From assembly GCF_009914755.1 (NCBI RefSeq), contig NC_060947.1: a stretch of 64,000 nucleotides of DNA; one strand, written 5' to 3'. The position numbers were made by a program, and so were the translations under genes. Of this stretch, positions 30,984-47,142 are shown one piece after another. Numbering within the stretch: position 1 is the stretch's first letter; each line of letters starts with the position of its first letter. The stretch comes from the human T2T-CHM13v2.0 reference genome, Homo sapiens. A model generated the notes under the pieces. The model was not told where the DNA came from. It saw only the letters and a program-made list of their open reading frames with translations, and made no database searches.

Positions 30984-33223
30984 CCATTTTTGCCAGGTTA
31001 TCTTTGAAATTTTTTAAAATGTGGTGAAGTTCAATGATTATTTCATATATGATGTGGTATTTGGATGAAATTACAATTTATTGTAGTTGTATGGTAAATG
31101 GATGCCAGAGTTTCTGTAAGTTTGATGTGCTGGTGTATTATTTATTTTACTAAATGCTCTGTTTTATGTATAAAAAGGTAATTTTTAGGACGTTAGGGAA
31201 ACAGCTCATAGGAATATGAAACTTACTGAGTTTAACACAAATTTATTCAAATGTTTTATTAAAGTAGTTTACAAAATCTTAACTTTCCTGTGTGATTTTT
31301 TTTTCTAAGTACATTTGAAAAAGCCTTTTTGTTTTATATCCTTGAGGATTAATAGTTTCACTTATCCAGAATTTTTTCTTTTCTATATATAAAATACCCA
31401 GAACATATGCTATAGCCTAGTTCTAACAATACATTTTAGTGTAGATTATATAAATTATGTGAGACTTTTAAATAATTGACCATTAACGAAAGCCCTCAGT
31501 TACCTATACACTAAAGATGGTGTCTTTCAAGATGCTAATTTTTTTACATTAGAGGAAATAAAAAACATATACTTTTTAATGAATATATGTTATATTTTAT
31601 ATATGTATATTCATATATAATATACAAATAGAAGAACATTATTTGTCAAATTGAATCATGAAAACTGCAACAAAAAAAAAATCTCTTAAATGGAACATTG
31701 CCAGTACTCCGTACTTTCAGGAAAACTTTCAGAAAATGGCCTGTGTCAGTGGCCATTAGAAAAACCACTAATTCTTGCTTAAGCTTTGTGATGCATATTT
31801 TTCTTCCCCTTGAAAGTAAAGAAATTGTAAATGGCACTCTTGAAAAGCACAGATGAATAACATACTATAAACCTGTTACTTAAATTATCAGACATTTTGA
31901 AAATTCTGGTCTTCATAAACCTAAAATATTCGGAACCACTTTTTGTTGAAAAAGGTTACCTGTCCTAGGGAAAATCATACTGGGGGAGAGGCAACAAGGG
32001 GCATATATACTTGGAATTGTGGAGCTGAAAGAGTCTAGCAGATACAATATTCTTTTGTGACATTAAAATCTGATATTTATGAGTATAATTATAGGTCACT
32101 CCCATAATTGCTTGAGCTGATTCAGCTGGCCAGTGGATGCGTAGCCACTTGTTTTTCCTATACTAGGAGCATGCGGAGGGGGAAAAAAACTCTTTTTTTT
32201 TTGTTTGGGAGGCCAAACTGCTTTTGTCCCTGCAAACTGATACACTGAGATATGTACACCTGAATTTAAGGCAGAAGACCAACCTCTCTCCCATCCTGTG
32301 AGGGGAAATGTCCTCTATCTGTGTTCGTTGGGGTTTTTTTAGGCTTTTAAAATTACTCCTCCCAACGCTTATTCTTCTGAATGGAATCGTGTGCTTTAGT
32401 GGATTCTGCTGCAGGTAAGAGATAGCAGTGGAAAAATAGTAAGTAGGTCTAGATATAATGTCAGTGGAAATAAAACACTTTTAGGCAGAAAATCACTGGA
32501 TTGTTTTATACATGTATATTTAGTCCATGTTAAAGGTAGCAGATTTTTAAAGTTCATTTTGAACACCCACCTGGCATGCATACTTTTTCAATTTTGTTTA
32601 GACTGGGAATGACTTGGCTAATATCCCCTTTCTCCAAGGTCCTGCCCTGATAGTTAGCCACACCTTTTGAGGATAAGATACAAATCCTGGGGACATACTA
32701 TTGACTATTTTGGGCAGGGACATTTAAGCCTGAGGAACCTGAAAAACATAATTGATGATTATAATCCACCCAAGGTTTTTTCCTATGGCTCACAGGCTTA
32801 CGAAATGTATGTATTTATATTGAGGTTGATTCTAAATTAACTATGAATAAATATATTTGAAAGTGTTTTCAAGGCCAATATAATAATCTTACTATGGTCA
32901 TAATTATTAGTGATCATTTTGTTACTTTTACCTACTAAATTTAGTAATATTTGGAGTAGAAGCTGAAAAACATAAGTTCTTATATTTTTTCAATTTCTGT
33001 TTACTTTTTATAACAGCAATTTAAAAAATGTAACTAGCAAGAATTATGTTTGTTCCTGAAACCTTTATTGAGTTCCTACTATATGCATTTAAGTGTTAAC
33101 TTTAATTTTGATAAGCTTAAATTTTATTGACTTCTGAAATGCTTATTAAAGATAGTAATAGTTAACATTTTAACATTTATTTAGTATTTATTATCTCCCA
33201 AGTACTGTTCTAAGAGTAGGAGT

Positions 33224-33290
33224 TGTGTGTATGTGTTGTGCGTGTGTGTATGTGTGTGTGTGTATGTGTGTGTGTGTATGTGTATGTATG
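33224..33290. repeat. Imperfect (TG)n microsatellite
   Basis: Seen directly. Confidence 0.85.
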
Positions 33291-33334
33291 ATCCCTGTGA
33301 TGCGTAGATTTACGTTTTCAGCTCAGACCTCTCT

Positions 33335-33638
<304 letters not shown>

Positions 33639-33749
33639 AGACCTCTCTTTTGAAATTGAGACTCCATCTCCAAATGTCTTATTGGATGACATATAGGCAT
33701 TTTTAATACATTAAAAAATAATGAAAAATTATGTGTGATATGTGTTTTT

Positions 33750-33975
33750 TATATATATATATAACACAGATATATATCTCTATATATGTACACACAGATA
33801 CATATATCTATATATATACATACAGATATATATATCTATATATATACACAGATATATATATCTATATATATACAGATATATATATCTATATATATCTATA
33901 TATATACACAGATATATATATCTATATATATATTACCATGTATATACAGATATATATATATCTGTGTATATATTA
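33750..33975. repeat. Compound (TA)n / CAGATATATATCTATATA minisatellite
   Basis: About seven variable-length units of caGA(TA)nTCTA(TA)n. Confidence 0.9.
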
Positions 33976-34879
33976 GTATGTATATGGCATTTACTACCCC
34001 TGTGCAATGTTTTAAGACCTTTAAATGTACATATACAATCAGGATAACAGTATTGTTCGTATTTTGTAGATGAACTTGAGGCTCAGAGAGGTTAAGTAAT
34101 TTGCGCCATATTAAAGTTGCATGCCCAGCAAGTGTCAGTGTTAAGATTTAAACCCAGGCTTTGTATCTCTCGAGAGCCTAGGCCTTTAACAACTGGTTTG
34201 TACAGTGTCACAATAAGGAAAGTCTATTAAAATAGTATTCTTTCACTGTTGTTAGTATTCTTTCACTGTCATCACATACTGAATATTTTGACTTTCTTTC
34301 ATTAATATTTGTCTGATTTAAATGAAAAAGAAACTATGAAAACTTTCAGCAAATGTGTAGAAGATAATATAAAAACACCTTTGTACTCATCTATCAGCTT
34401 AAGAGACAAAACATTATTTTTTGCTGTGGTAGAGAACTTAGTTGAATAACTTGGGAGTTTTTTTATGATATCGTAATACCATTTGGGCCTATATTTTCAT
34501 TGATTTAAAAGATCGTCTGAAATTCTACATTTTCTCTAAATCTATGCATGTAGTTTTTGCAATATAATATCTTAAGAATATATATCAGTGTATTGAAAAG
34601 CCTATTTTTTTTTCTGATCACATAGCTGTGTGTAAATTGGGACTTCTTTGCCCTATCCATTGTGGATGATACTTCTAGTAATTCTAACACCATCTCTATG
34701 ATATTTATTCCAATTTGCCATCATGTGATAAATTACGAAAACAATTTTTTAACATTAAGAGTTAATTTCCTTTGGTAATACCTTAAATTGGAGAAGTTCA
34801 ATAAATAGCACTTAATATTATGTGGTTTGTTTTTACATATCACATGGATAATCCTACAAAGGAATAACAAAACTAAATT

Positions 34880-35365
34880 CCCCTTGTCCATATGGGGCTT
34901 ATATATATGGAGCTTACATTCCAGTACAGGAATTCAGACAATTTTTTTAAAGGTGTACATCAAATATCAGGTTGTAATATGAGCTGAGGAGGAGATGTTG
35001 CTATTTTATATTAGATGATCAGTGAAAGCCTCCCTAACTTTAATGACATTTGCACAGAGGTCTAAAGGAAGTATGGCAGTGACCTATGTTCACTGGAGGA
35101 GTAATGTTGTTAGAAACGGAAAACAGCAACAGCAAATACCAAAGATGGGAGCATGCTTGGCATGTTCTAGGAATGTCAAGGAGGCTAGCATGCTGGAAGC
35201 AGATAATGTAGAGCCTTATTGACCATTCAAAGGACTTTGGCTTTTACTTTGAGTGAGCTGGGACACTGTTAGAGAGTTTTGAGGAATGGAATGGCATGAG
35301 ATGACCTACATTTTTAAAGGATAGCCCTGGGTGGAAGCAGGGAGAACATGTTGTACATTACTCAG
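34880..35365 (-). mobile_element. L2 fragment
   Basis: ggagcttacattccagt...aaggactttggcttttactttgagtgagctgg are antisense L2 motifs. Confidence 0.7.
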
Positions 35366-35430
35366 GCAGAAGGTGCCACTGGCCACAGAGGTTTCTAGCT
35401 GGTGAAGTGACACCCCAGGATCCTGTGACA
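35366..35430 (+). mobile_element. Short ERV1 LTR 3'-terminal fragment (LTR1/MER52-like)
   Basis: gccactggccacagaggtttctagctggtgaagtgacaccccaggatcctgtgaCA resembles recalled LTR ends and finishes in CA. Confidence 0.45.
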
Positions 35431-38400
35431 ATATGATAAATCATTCTAGTTCTTGATCACTCCTCTGTGGTGACCTTGGTCCAGTCAATGGACCTCTTTG
35501 GTCCTCAGTTTCTTGATATGTAAATGGGATTGGAGCCTTCCAGCTCTAAGCCTCTGTGTTCTGTATTTTCTTTTGCTTAGTTTTAATCCTCTTACCTTTG
35601 CTATTGGAACTAGATTAGTGTTTAGGTATTATTTTGAAGAGTGAGAAGAATGTTCCTCTATAAGGCTAGAGGATTTCCTAATGTTTCATTATTTTTTGTA
35701 TTTATAAATGTATTTAACCACCCCCAGACAGATATTTATAATTTCCTTTAAATACGGATGAAAGCAGTTCCTAAAACTCTGTTGCATAACTGTTTTTGAA
35801 ACCTGGTGTTCATTAGAACCCACACCGTTGTCCTCTCGTGGGTAATTCTCCTCCCTACCACAGTTTTAATTGGTTTCTTTTTGTTCAGCCCCTCGTAAAA
35901 TTTAAAAATATATATAAATAAGTGTACACACACACACATACGTATACATACTAACAGTTTTACCAAACATCCTCAAAACAGTCATTTTGGAATATTAAGT
36001 GGGGTCATGAATTTCAAATTCACATGGTATTTAATCACTCAGGTGATAAAGGCTCTAAGAAAGTCATTTTGGTATATTATTTTCTGCTAAAGCAAATACT
36101 TAAAAATCCCTTTTATAAGCCCTCATTAACTGGTCCTATCTCAGATCACTCTGTTACTGTACATTTCCCTCAACATTTATTTTTTACTATATACATTTAC
36201 CTGTGTCTGTTTATACTCTGTAATAGTTTCATGCATGCATGTCTGTTTTTCTCATTTAGATTTTAGTCTCCTCTGGGGAAGGGACCCTCTTACCCTCTTA
36301 TTTGTCTCGTGGTGGCTGGTACTGTGTAATTTATATATACTAATGTGTGATTTGATGTAGTTATTGACCCACCATCAATAAAAACCTATGCTTCTCCACC
36401 AGTGGGAATGAATTTGCATTAATCGGCACTATTTTGTGGCCATGCATTTTTAGCTGTAATCAGAAAAAGAATGAAGCTAACTTCTTCCACATAAGAATGA
36501 AACCTTGGTTTGAATCATATTCACAATCCACAGACAACATAGCATGCTTTACACAATAGCCTTGTTACAGTTGCATGGTGAATTAATGAAATTGAATGTT
36601 TACAACTCTATTTAACACTCTAAAAATCCATGTGCTTTGACCGTAAAGTAAATCCCAATCTGCCATCACAAATTGCATTAGACTTTGCACATACCATGGT
36701 CTATGTGTGATTTAGAATGAGGACTCTGTTATTTAGAGATTTTTGTTCATATCTCTTTACTAAAGTTTATGAAAGGAAGCAGTGCCTGCTGAGAAATGAC
36801 CAATGAGTTTGGACAGTTTTATTCCCAGCCAATTCATTGCAAGATGTATAGGTATTTGGCAATACATTTTATGAAGATCCAAAGAAATACGTAGCAATAG
36901 ATCATTGTCACTAAGGTTTCCCAGCACATGACAAAAACAGCAAATATTGCTTTGAAGAATAGTATCACAGAATTGTGATTGCCTAGAATTCTTGTTAGAG
37001 TTGTTGCTGAAATTGCCTCACAGCTTTAGGGGTATTTTACCCCACGAGGAAATTGTTTTTTCTGTTTGGTTGGGATCCACTTATCTGCCAAACTCATGGC
37101 ATAGTGTCTGTATTCACATCCTATGATGATAGCTTCCTCAGCCAATATTTCCAAGCCAGTGAAAACATAAAATATCTTTTCAAGTTGATACATGTGCAGT
37201 TATTTGCATTACCTCTGGAATATTTGTGTTTATTTGATGCTATCTTCCCTTTAGATTTAAACATATTTTTCTAGTGTATTTACAAATGTGCATTTTAACA
37301 TAATCATAATGAAAATAGATGGATCTTGACAACAATACAAATTAGGACTAGAAAGCACTTTCTGAATTGTAGGTCTTAATAAGTATTTAAACAACCTGTA
37401 TTAAACTTATTAAAAGCTTGGCAAAGCAGCCAACAGTACTTAGAAAGTTAATATAAAGGTAGGTACAGATCAATACTCTTAGAACATTTTGCAGGGGACT
37501 AACTATGAAAGATGGAATAATAAGGATACTTTTTACAATGTAGAAATGTGAACACGGCTTAAAATTGTGAGCACATCTCATAAAGCAGCATTATGTGCGG
37601 TATTACTAAAGCAGGTTTTTAAATATTGGTATTTGGAACTTCTTTGCTTTCACTTTCAAATCCATAAATCATTTTAGAATAGCACTAGTATATTTATACA
37701 TACAATACGAAATGGTAAACTCATTGCAGTTGTCAATTTATATGCCTTTTGTTAAAATCTTGGTCAACAATTCAAATTCGTATCAAGTATATTCAGGCTC
37801 ATTTGACTAAGTTGATACCATATATATTAAGTGACATGGAAATTTTAATTATATACTATTAGCTTCAAAACATAATTCTGACTTCGGCACATGCAATGAT
37901 ATTACCTCTTAATAGAAGCAAAGTAGATTTATGTGTCATACATTATTTTAAAAAAGAATTAGGCACAGCAAATACTCGAGTTTTTGAAGTATTATTAGGA
38001 GAAAATGCTACAGGCATTAGGATAAATAGTGGTTCTTGTGTTGGATTTATTTTATTACTATGTAAGCTCCACCAAGGCAATACATTTTCTCGTTTAAATG
38101 ATGTGTTTTAAACTAGAAAGCCAATTTTTATATAATAATCATCTAAAATAATTAGAAACATGTAACTGGTCATATAAAGGTATGTATAATCTAGCAGCAG
38201 AATCTAGGCACACTGATTATATGGATTTCTGAGTAGAAGCCTAACTTCCCTCTTAAAACACTTATATGCATTTTCTACTTATTCAAAATTAGTCTTGGGA
38301 AGAAAATGCTTATAAATATGTCATTTGAAATATATTTATTTCGAGTTATATGAACTAATTTAACTAAAGGTCTTGGGCACATACTAGAGTTTTAATACTT

Positions 38401-40244
38401 CTCTCATTATTTTGAGAATATTGTAAAAGTAGTTGCAGCTTAAAATAAAAGAAGCAGATATTCTACTTCCGTAAGACAAAGGTAAAAATGCCAAGCTCCA
38501 ATTAAATGAGGAAAGGAGGTGGAACTTTTCCAAAAACTTAGGACAATGTCAGGTAATGATTTGAGTATAATGTAGATCCAAGTTTCTTTGTGTGGAGTGG
38601 AGAGGGGTCGGGGGGTGTTTATCAGGTAAACAGTTCTGTCTCTCAGTAAAAGTCTCTCAATAAAAAGAGAGACATAGCTGTTACCTGATAAACGACATTG
38701 CATCTCTTTTGTGTTGTTGTTTGTTTGTTTTTCAGGAGGGTCATTCTTCCTAATTCTGAACTCATTTTATTTTGTGGTTCTTTAAATGAGGGATATTGGA
38801 CAACAACAGTAGAATGAGTCCTTGATAGTTTTCCATAAAGTACAGAAGATTTCTATGAATGTCCATTTCCTGCATTTAGCCAAAAAGTAAAAAAATCAAG
38901 GTTATGATATTTCTACAATGACCAGGAATAATAGTACTGGAATGCAGCTTTCTAGTAATCTAACCTGCTACCAAGGTGTACTTGAGAAATGCCCCTGAGG
39001 CTCTCCCCTTGGACTGTCTATCATCTCAGCTGGACTTTTGATAGAAGTTGGATAGCTGACAACTCACAATTAAGATGCCAGCTGGCACCTGGAGTGCAAG
39101 TAGTCTGTATAGTTGATTGAAAGAAGATCCATGTGCACTAGATAACAGTATTTGCTCTATGACCCCAGCTGTTCGACTGGTGGTAGATAATGGACAGCTA
39201 ATTTGGGGAGATTTGCCACCTGGTCAGCAAAGCTGTAAGTGTATAGCCTCTCACACCAGGCAGTTTAAACCTGGAATCTTCTGTTAAGATGGAATCCATG
39301 AAGGCAGAATATAGAAGATAACATAATGTTATAGTACTTCTAAAAACTAAAACATCTTCAAATGAGACAGTTTTGTGACCTCTTATATGAATATGAATTT
39401 CAAGCCTTTCATATACCCGAAATCAACCTACTCCTGTTAGGTCAGTTCTGCAGCATCCAGTGTTATTGAACATATGCAGATTGACTCTATTTCTATTTTG
39501 GAGGATATTGCCTGAGTACTGAGTACTGCTACAGTTTTTTTTTTTTTCTTTTATGTGGTACCATACTTCCCTTGATACCAGCTTCCAAAAGAATTTCCTG
39601 GAGATCATATCTTAAATTGGTACGTTCAACATTTATTCATCAAAAACTATTGAAGATTGGAGTGCTGTAGTTAAACACATTTTTAAAAATTGAGTTATAA
39701 ATTTCCATATGTGAATTAATATCTGTCAAAGAATATCTTGAAGTGGATACAGCACTAAAACTATATTAAGTATTAATGAATTTTTCTTCGATATAGAGAA
39801 TGCTTAAGAATTTTATAGTGCCTTTGAGGTTCGCATTATGAGCATTTATTAAGATGGTATAATACTTTAAGTGTAAGTGGTGTGGGACATCAAGCTGGGG
39901 GTATTCTCTGACCTTGTGATATGCTTTGGATCTTCAAAAACTTTTCTGTCAGTTTATGTGCTTGATGAGCAATGATGTTGCTTTCTCCTGGGAAGGAGAT
40001 GGGTTATTATGTGGGTTTATCATTAATTTTGGTTTCTGTTACCATTTTTGTATTGTTTGCAAATTATAATGATTTATCTGTTGAAATCATGTGTCTTAAT
40101 TTGCTGATGACCATAGTTTGATTCAAGTATTCACCTTATTGCATTTCACAATGTGCTTAGAAAGTTGGAATGATAAAAGTTAAGAATAAATCGCTATAGA
40201 GGAGTTCATTTGGGGAGCAGGAAAAAATCGCATATACAGATTAG

Positions 40245-40583
<339 letters not shown>

Positions 40584-42716
40584 CAGACTGGTTTTTAAAA
40601 TACGTGACTGGAAAGTTCTGAATCATATTGATATAAAGGATATTAGATAAATGTGAATTATCAAATAGCACTGTGGAGATTACAAGCATTATGCTGGACA
40701 CATACTGCAGAGGTCTATATAAGCATGATATTGGGCTTATTAATCTGTGAACTCACAGCTGATTTGGAATCACATAATAATGTTCCACTATTTAAAATAA
40801 TAATCCTTAGTATATTCTTTGTCTTAGAAAACTCATCCATGCATTCAGGATCTTGGCTCTGATCCTTGTGTGTATGATTTAGCATCTTTGATACTCCTCG
40901 TATGTCACATTTGCTCATTTTTTCACTTGTGATATCTAAATGGCTTTTACATTTCCATTGGCAATAATCTAGCTCAGGCCTCACTCCATTTGGAGACAAA
41001 AATTGATAGAGGAAGTGATTGGTCTGGCAAAACATAGTTACTGGGTTTATTGAAAATTCAGTATAACCAAAGTGAATAAGGTAAAGTGCAAAAGGATAAT
41101 GAAGTCAAGGAAGTTAGTAGGAAGCAACCCCAAAATGGCTGACCAATGTCTTTCATGTTGAGTATGGAAGCAAGGAAGGGTTACCAAGGACTGTTATTCC
41201 CAAATGAAAGGCGAGTGGCTTTATTTTTTCAAACTGATTCCTAATATTTGTGAAGTATTTTGTGTCAGACCAAATACCAACTAATAGTTACTACATTTTT
41301 TGAAGTGGGTATTTACAGGTATATATCATTGACATGTCTACAGCCAATAGTCATAAATTGTAATATGATAGGGCTCAGTATTTTATCTATTGGTACATGG
41401 AAAACAGAAAGAAAGTATATTTTTTGGACATCTCTGATGTTTTTATTATCTAAAGTATCCTGTGCCTTGATGATGCAACCCAAAATTAATAATTAAAAAG
41501 ATGAAAACCACCTCATTGGTATTGTTTTTACTTCTACATATAACCATTGGTGATATTTTTAATATATTAACTTTTATCCAATATTTGTTCATGAAAGGAA
41601 AATAAAATCTTGTAACCTCTAATTAATGATTTTTATGTTGTTGATAATATAGTTTAATGAGAGTATATAAGAATTGAGAAGTGCTGGATTCTATTGTTTT
41701 ACTATTAGGAAGCTCTGTATTCTAAGATAAGTCACTAACCTTCTTTAGTTTCTTCATCTACAAAATGGAGTAACTTATTTTATTTCACAACCAGAAAAGC
41801 TACTCTTATTGGTGTGAGTTCTTTCATGGAGGTTTGTTTGTAAATGAAGAAAAATCCATGTTTTTAATTAAAATTATTTGTTTGTTTTGGCTTTTAACTG
41901 TTCCAATTAAAAAGAGAGTCTTTGTTATTTTGAATAAGGCCAAAGTTATTTCAGCAATTAAGACATGCTTTCTTTACAAAGCATTTATATGTTTGAAAAG
42001 CTTTAGCAAGGATAAATGCATATCTTTTAGGTGTAGCTATATTTCTAGAGTTTTCTGAAAATAGGTACAAGTCAGGTTGACAATAACAGAAGGCTGATAT
42101 CTCTTAGGGACTTTATACTGCATTTAGTCCTACAAATGCTTTGTTTGTATGTCATGTATATATTTGTTATTTTTGTGTTGTTATTGCTTTAGATGGTTTA
42201 TTTCACTATAATATAAGAAAAATAATAGCAGATTTGGCTTATTTTGTCTTGGATAAAAGCCTTAACAAGTTGTTTAGTGGGGGATTATTAAGGATTTTGA
42301 ATATTCGTTGTATTTATGTTGGTCAAAGGATACAAAATTTCATTTAAACAGAAGGTGTAAGTTCAAGAGATTCATCGTACATCATGGCGACTGTAGTTAA
42401 TACCAATATATTGTATACTTGAAAATTGCTAAGAGAAGAAATTTTTAAAAGATTATTTTTAAAATTTCAATAGTTTTGGGGGTACAGGTGGCTTTTGGTT
42501 ACATGGATGAGTTCTATAGTGTTGAATTCTGAGATTTTAGTGCAGACATCACCCAAGCAGTGTACATTCATTGTACCCAATATGTAGTCTTTTATCTCTC
42601 ACCCACCTCCCAACATCCGCCCACTTACTTTGAGTAATGATGGTATTTTGATGGAAGTTGCAATGAATTTATAGATAGCTTTTTTTTTTCAAACAGGTCT
42701 TAGTTTATTCCAAGTT

Positions 42717-42785
42717 TTACAAAGTCAAAGTTGCATAAGTCTTACAAAGTCAAAGTTGCATAAGTCTTACAAAATTAAAGTTGCA
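42717..42785. repeat. 25-bp tandem repeat x2.7
   Basis: TTACAAAGTCAAAGTTGCATAAGTC at 42717 and 42742, partial copy at 42767. Confidence 0.9.
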
Positions 42786-42980
42786 AAGTGAATAGTGAAG
42801 CAAATCAAGAAGATTTTTTTAGATCATATAAGAAAAGGTAGTAATCAAAAAGTAAAACCCAGTTGCTGAATTTAGGTTAGTTAATATAAGGCATGATTAT
42901 GTAAAACTGACTGTAAAATTGAGATCCAGTTTTTAAAAATCCAAGTTATTTGTAGGCAAATGTTAAACAATTAAAAAAAA

Positions 42981-45351
<2,371 letters not shown>

Positions 45352-46743
45352 TCATTTTCACAATATTGGTTCTACCCTTCCATGAGCATGGGATGTGGTT
45401 CCATGTGTTTGTGTCATCTGTGATTTCTTTCAGCAGTGTTTCGTAGTTTTCCTTATAGAGATATTTTGCCTCCTTGGTTAAGTATATTCCTGAGTGCTTT
45501 TTTGTTTGTTTATTTGTTTTCGTTTTGCAGCTGTTGTAAAGAGGGTCGAGTTCTTCATTTGACTGTCTGCTTGGTGCCACTGATTTGTGTACATTGATTT
45601 TGTAACCTGAGACTTTACTGAATTCATTTATCAGATCTAGGAGCCTTTTGGATGAGTCTTTAGGGTTTTCTTGGTATGCAATCATATCATCAGCAAACAG
45701 TAACAGTTTGATTTCCTCTTTTCCAATTTGGATGCTCTTTATTTCTTTCTCTTGCCTGATTGCTCTGGCTGGGGCTTCCAGTACTATGTTAAATAGAAAT
45801 GGTGAAAGTAGGCATCCTTGTCTTGTTGCTTTCAACTTTTACCCATTCAGTATGATGTTGGCTTTGGGTTGGTCATATATGGCTTTTATTACTTTGAGGG
45901 AAGTCCCTTCTGTGCCTCGGTTCTTGAGGATTTTTATCATAAAGGGATGGTGGATTTTATCAAATGCTCTTTCTGCATCTATTGAGATGATGATATGGTT
46001 TTTGTTTTTAATTCTGTTTATGTGATTTATCACATCTATTGACTTGCTTATGCTAAACTATTCTTGCTAAACTATTCATCCCTGGGATGAAACCCACTTG
46101 ATTCCGATATATTATGTTTTTGATATGCTGTTGGATTCAGTTAGCTAGTATTTTGTTGGGGATTTTTGCATCAATGTTCACCAGGGATATTGGTCTGCAG
46201 TTTTCTTTTTTGTTACGTCCTTTCCTAGTTTTGGTATTACGGTGATACTGGCTTCATAGAAGGATTCAGAGAGGATTCCCTCTTTCTCTTTTGGAATAGT
46301 TTCAGAAGGATTGGTAAAAAATTTTTCTTTGAATGTCTGGTAGAATTCAGTTGTGAGTCCATCTGGTCCTGGAGTTTTTCTTGTTGACAATTTTTTTTTA
46401 TTACTGATTCTATTTCCTTGCTTGTTACTGGTCTGTTCAGAGTTTGTGTTTATTCCTGATTTAATCTAGGAGGGCTGTATGTTTCCAGGAATTTATCCAT
46501 TTCCTCTAGATTTTCTAGTTTTCGTGTGTAAAGGTCTTCATAGTAGTCTTGAATGAACTTTTGTATTTCTGTGGTATCAGTTATAATGTCTCCAGTTTCA
46601 TTTCTAATTGAGGTTATTTGCATCTTCTCTCTTCTTTCTTTAATTAATCTCGCTAATAGTCTATCAATTTTATCTTTTCAAAGAACCAGCTTTTTGTTTT
46701 TTTAATCTTTTGTATTTTTTTTTGTTGTTTGAATTTCATTTAG

Positions 46744-47142
<399 letters not shown>

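Noticed and set aside
33731-34073. Overlapping I/Y-rich ORFs
   Set aside because: Artefacts of the stop-free TA minisatellite.
34233-34269. 17-20 bp tandem duplication TAGTATTCTTTCACTGT
   Set aside because: Ordinary slippage duplication with nothing else notable.
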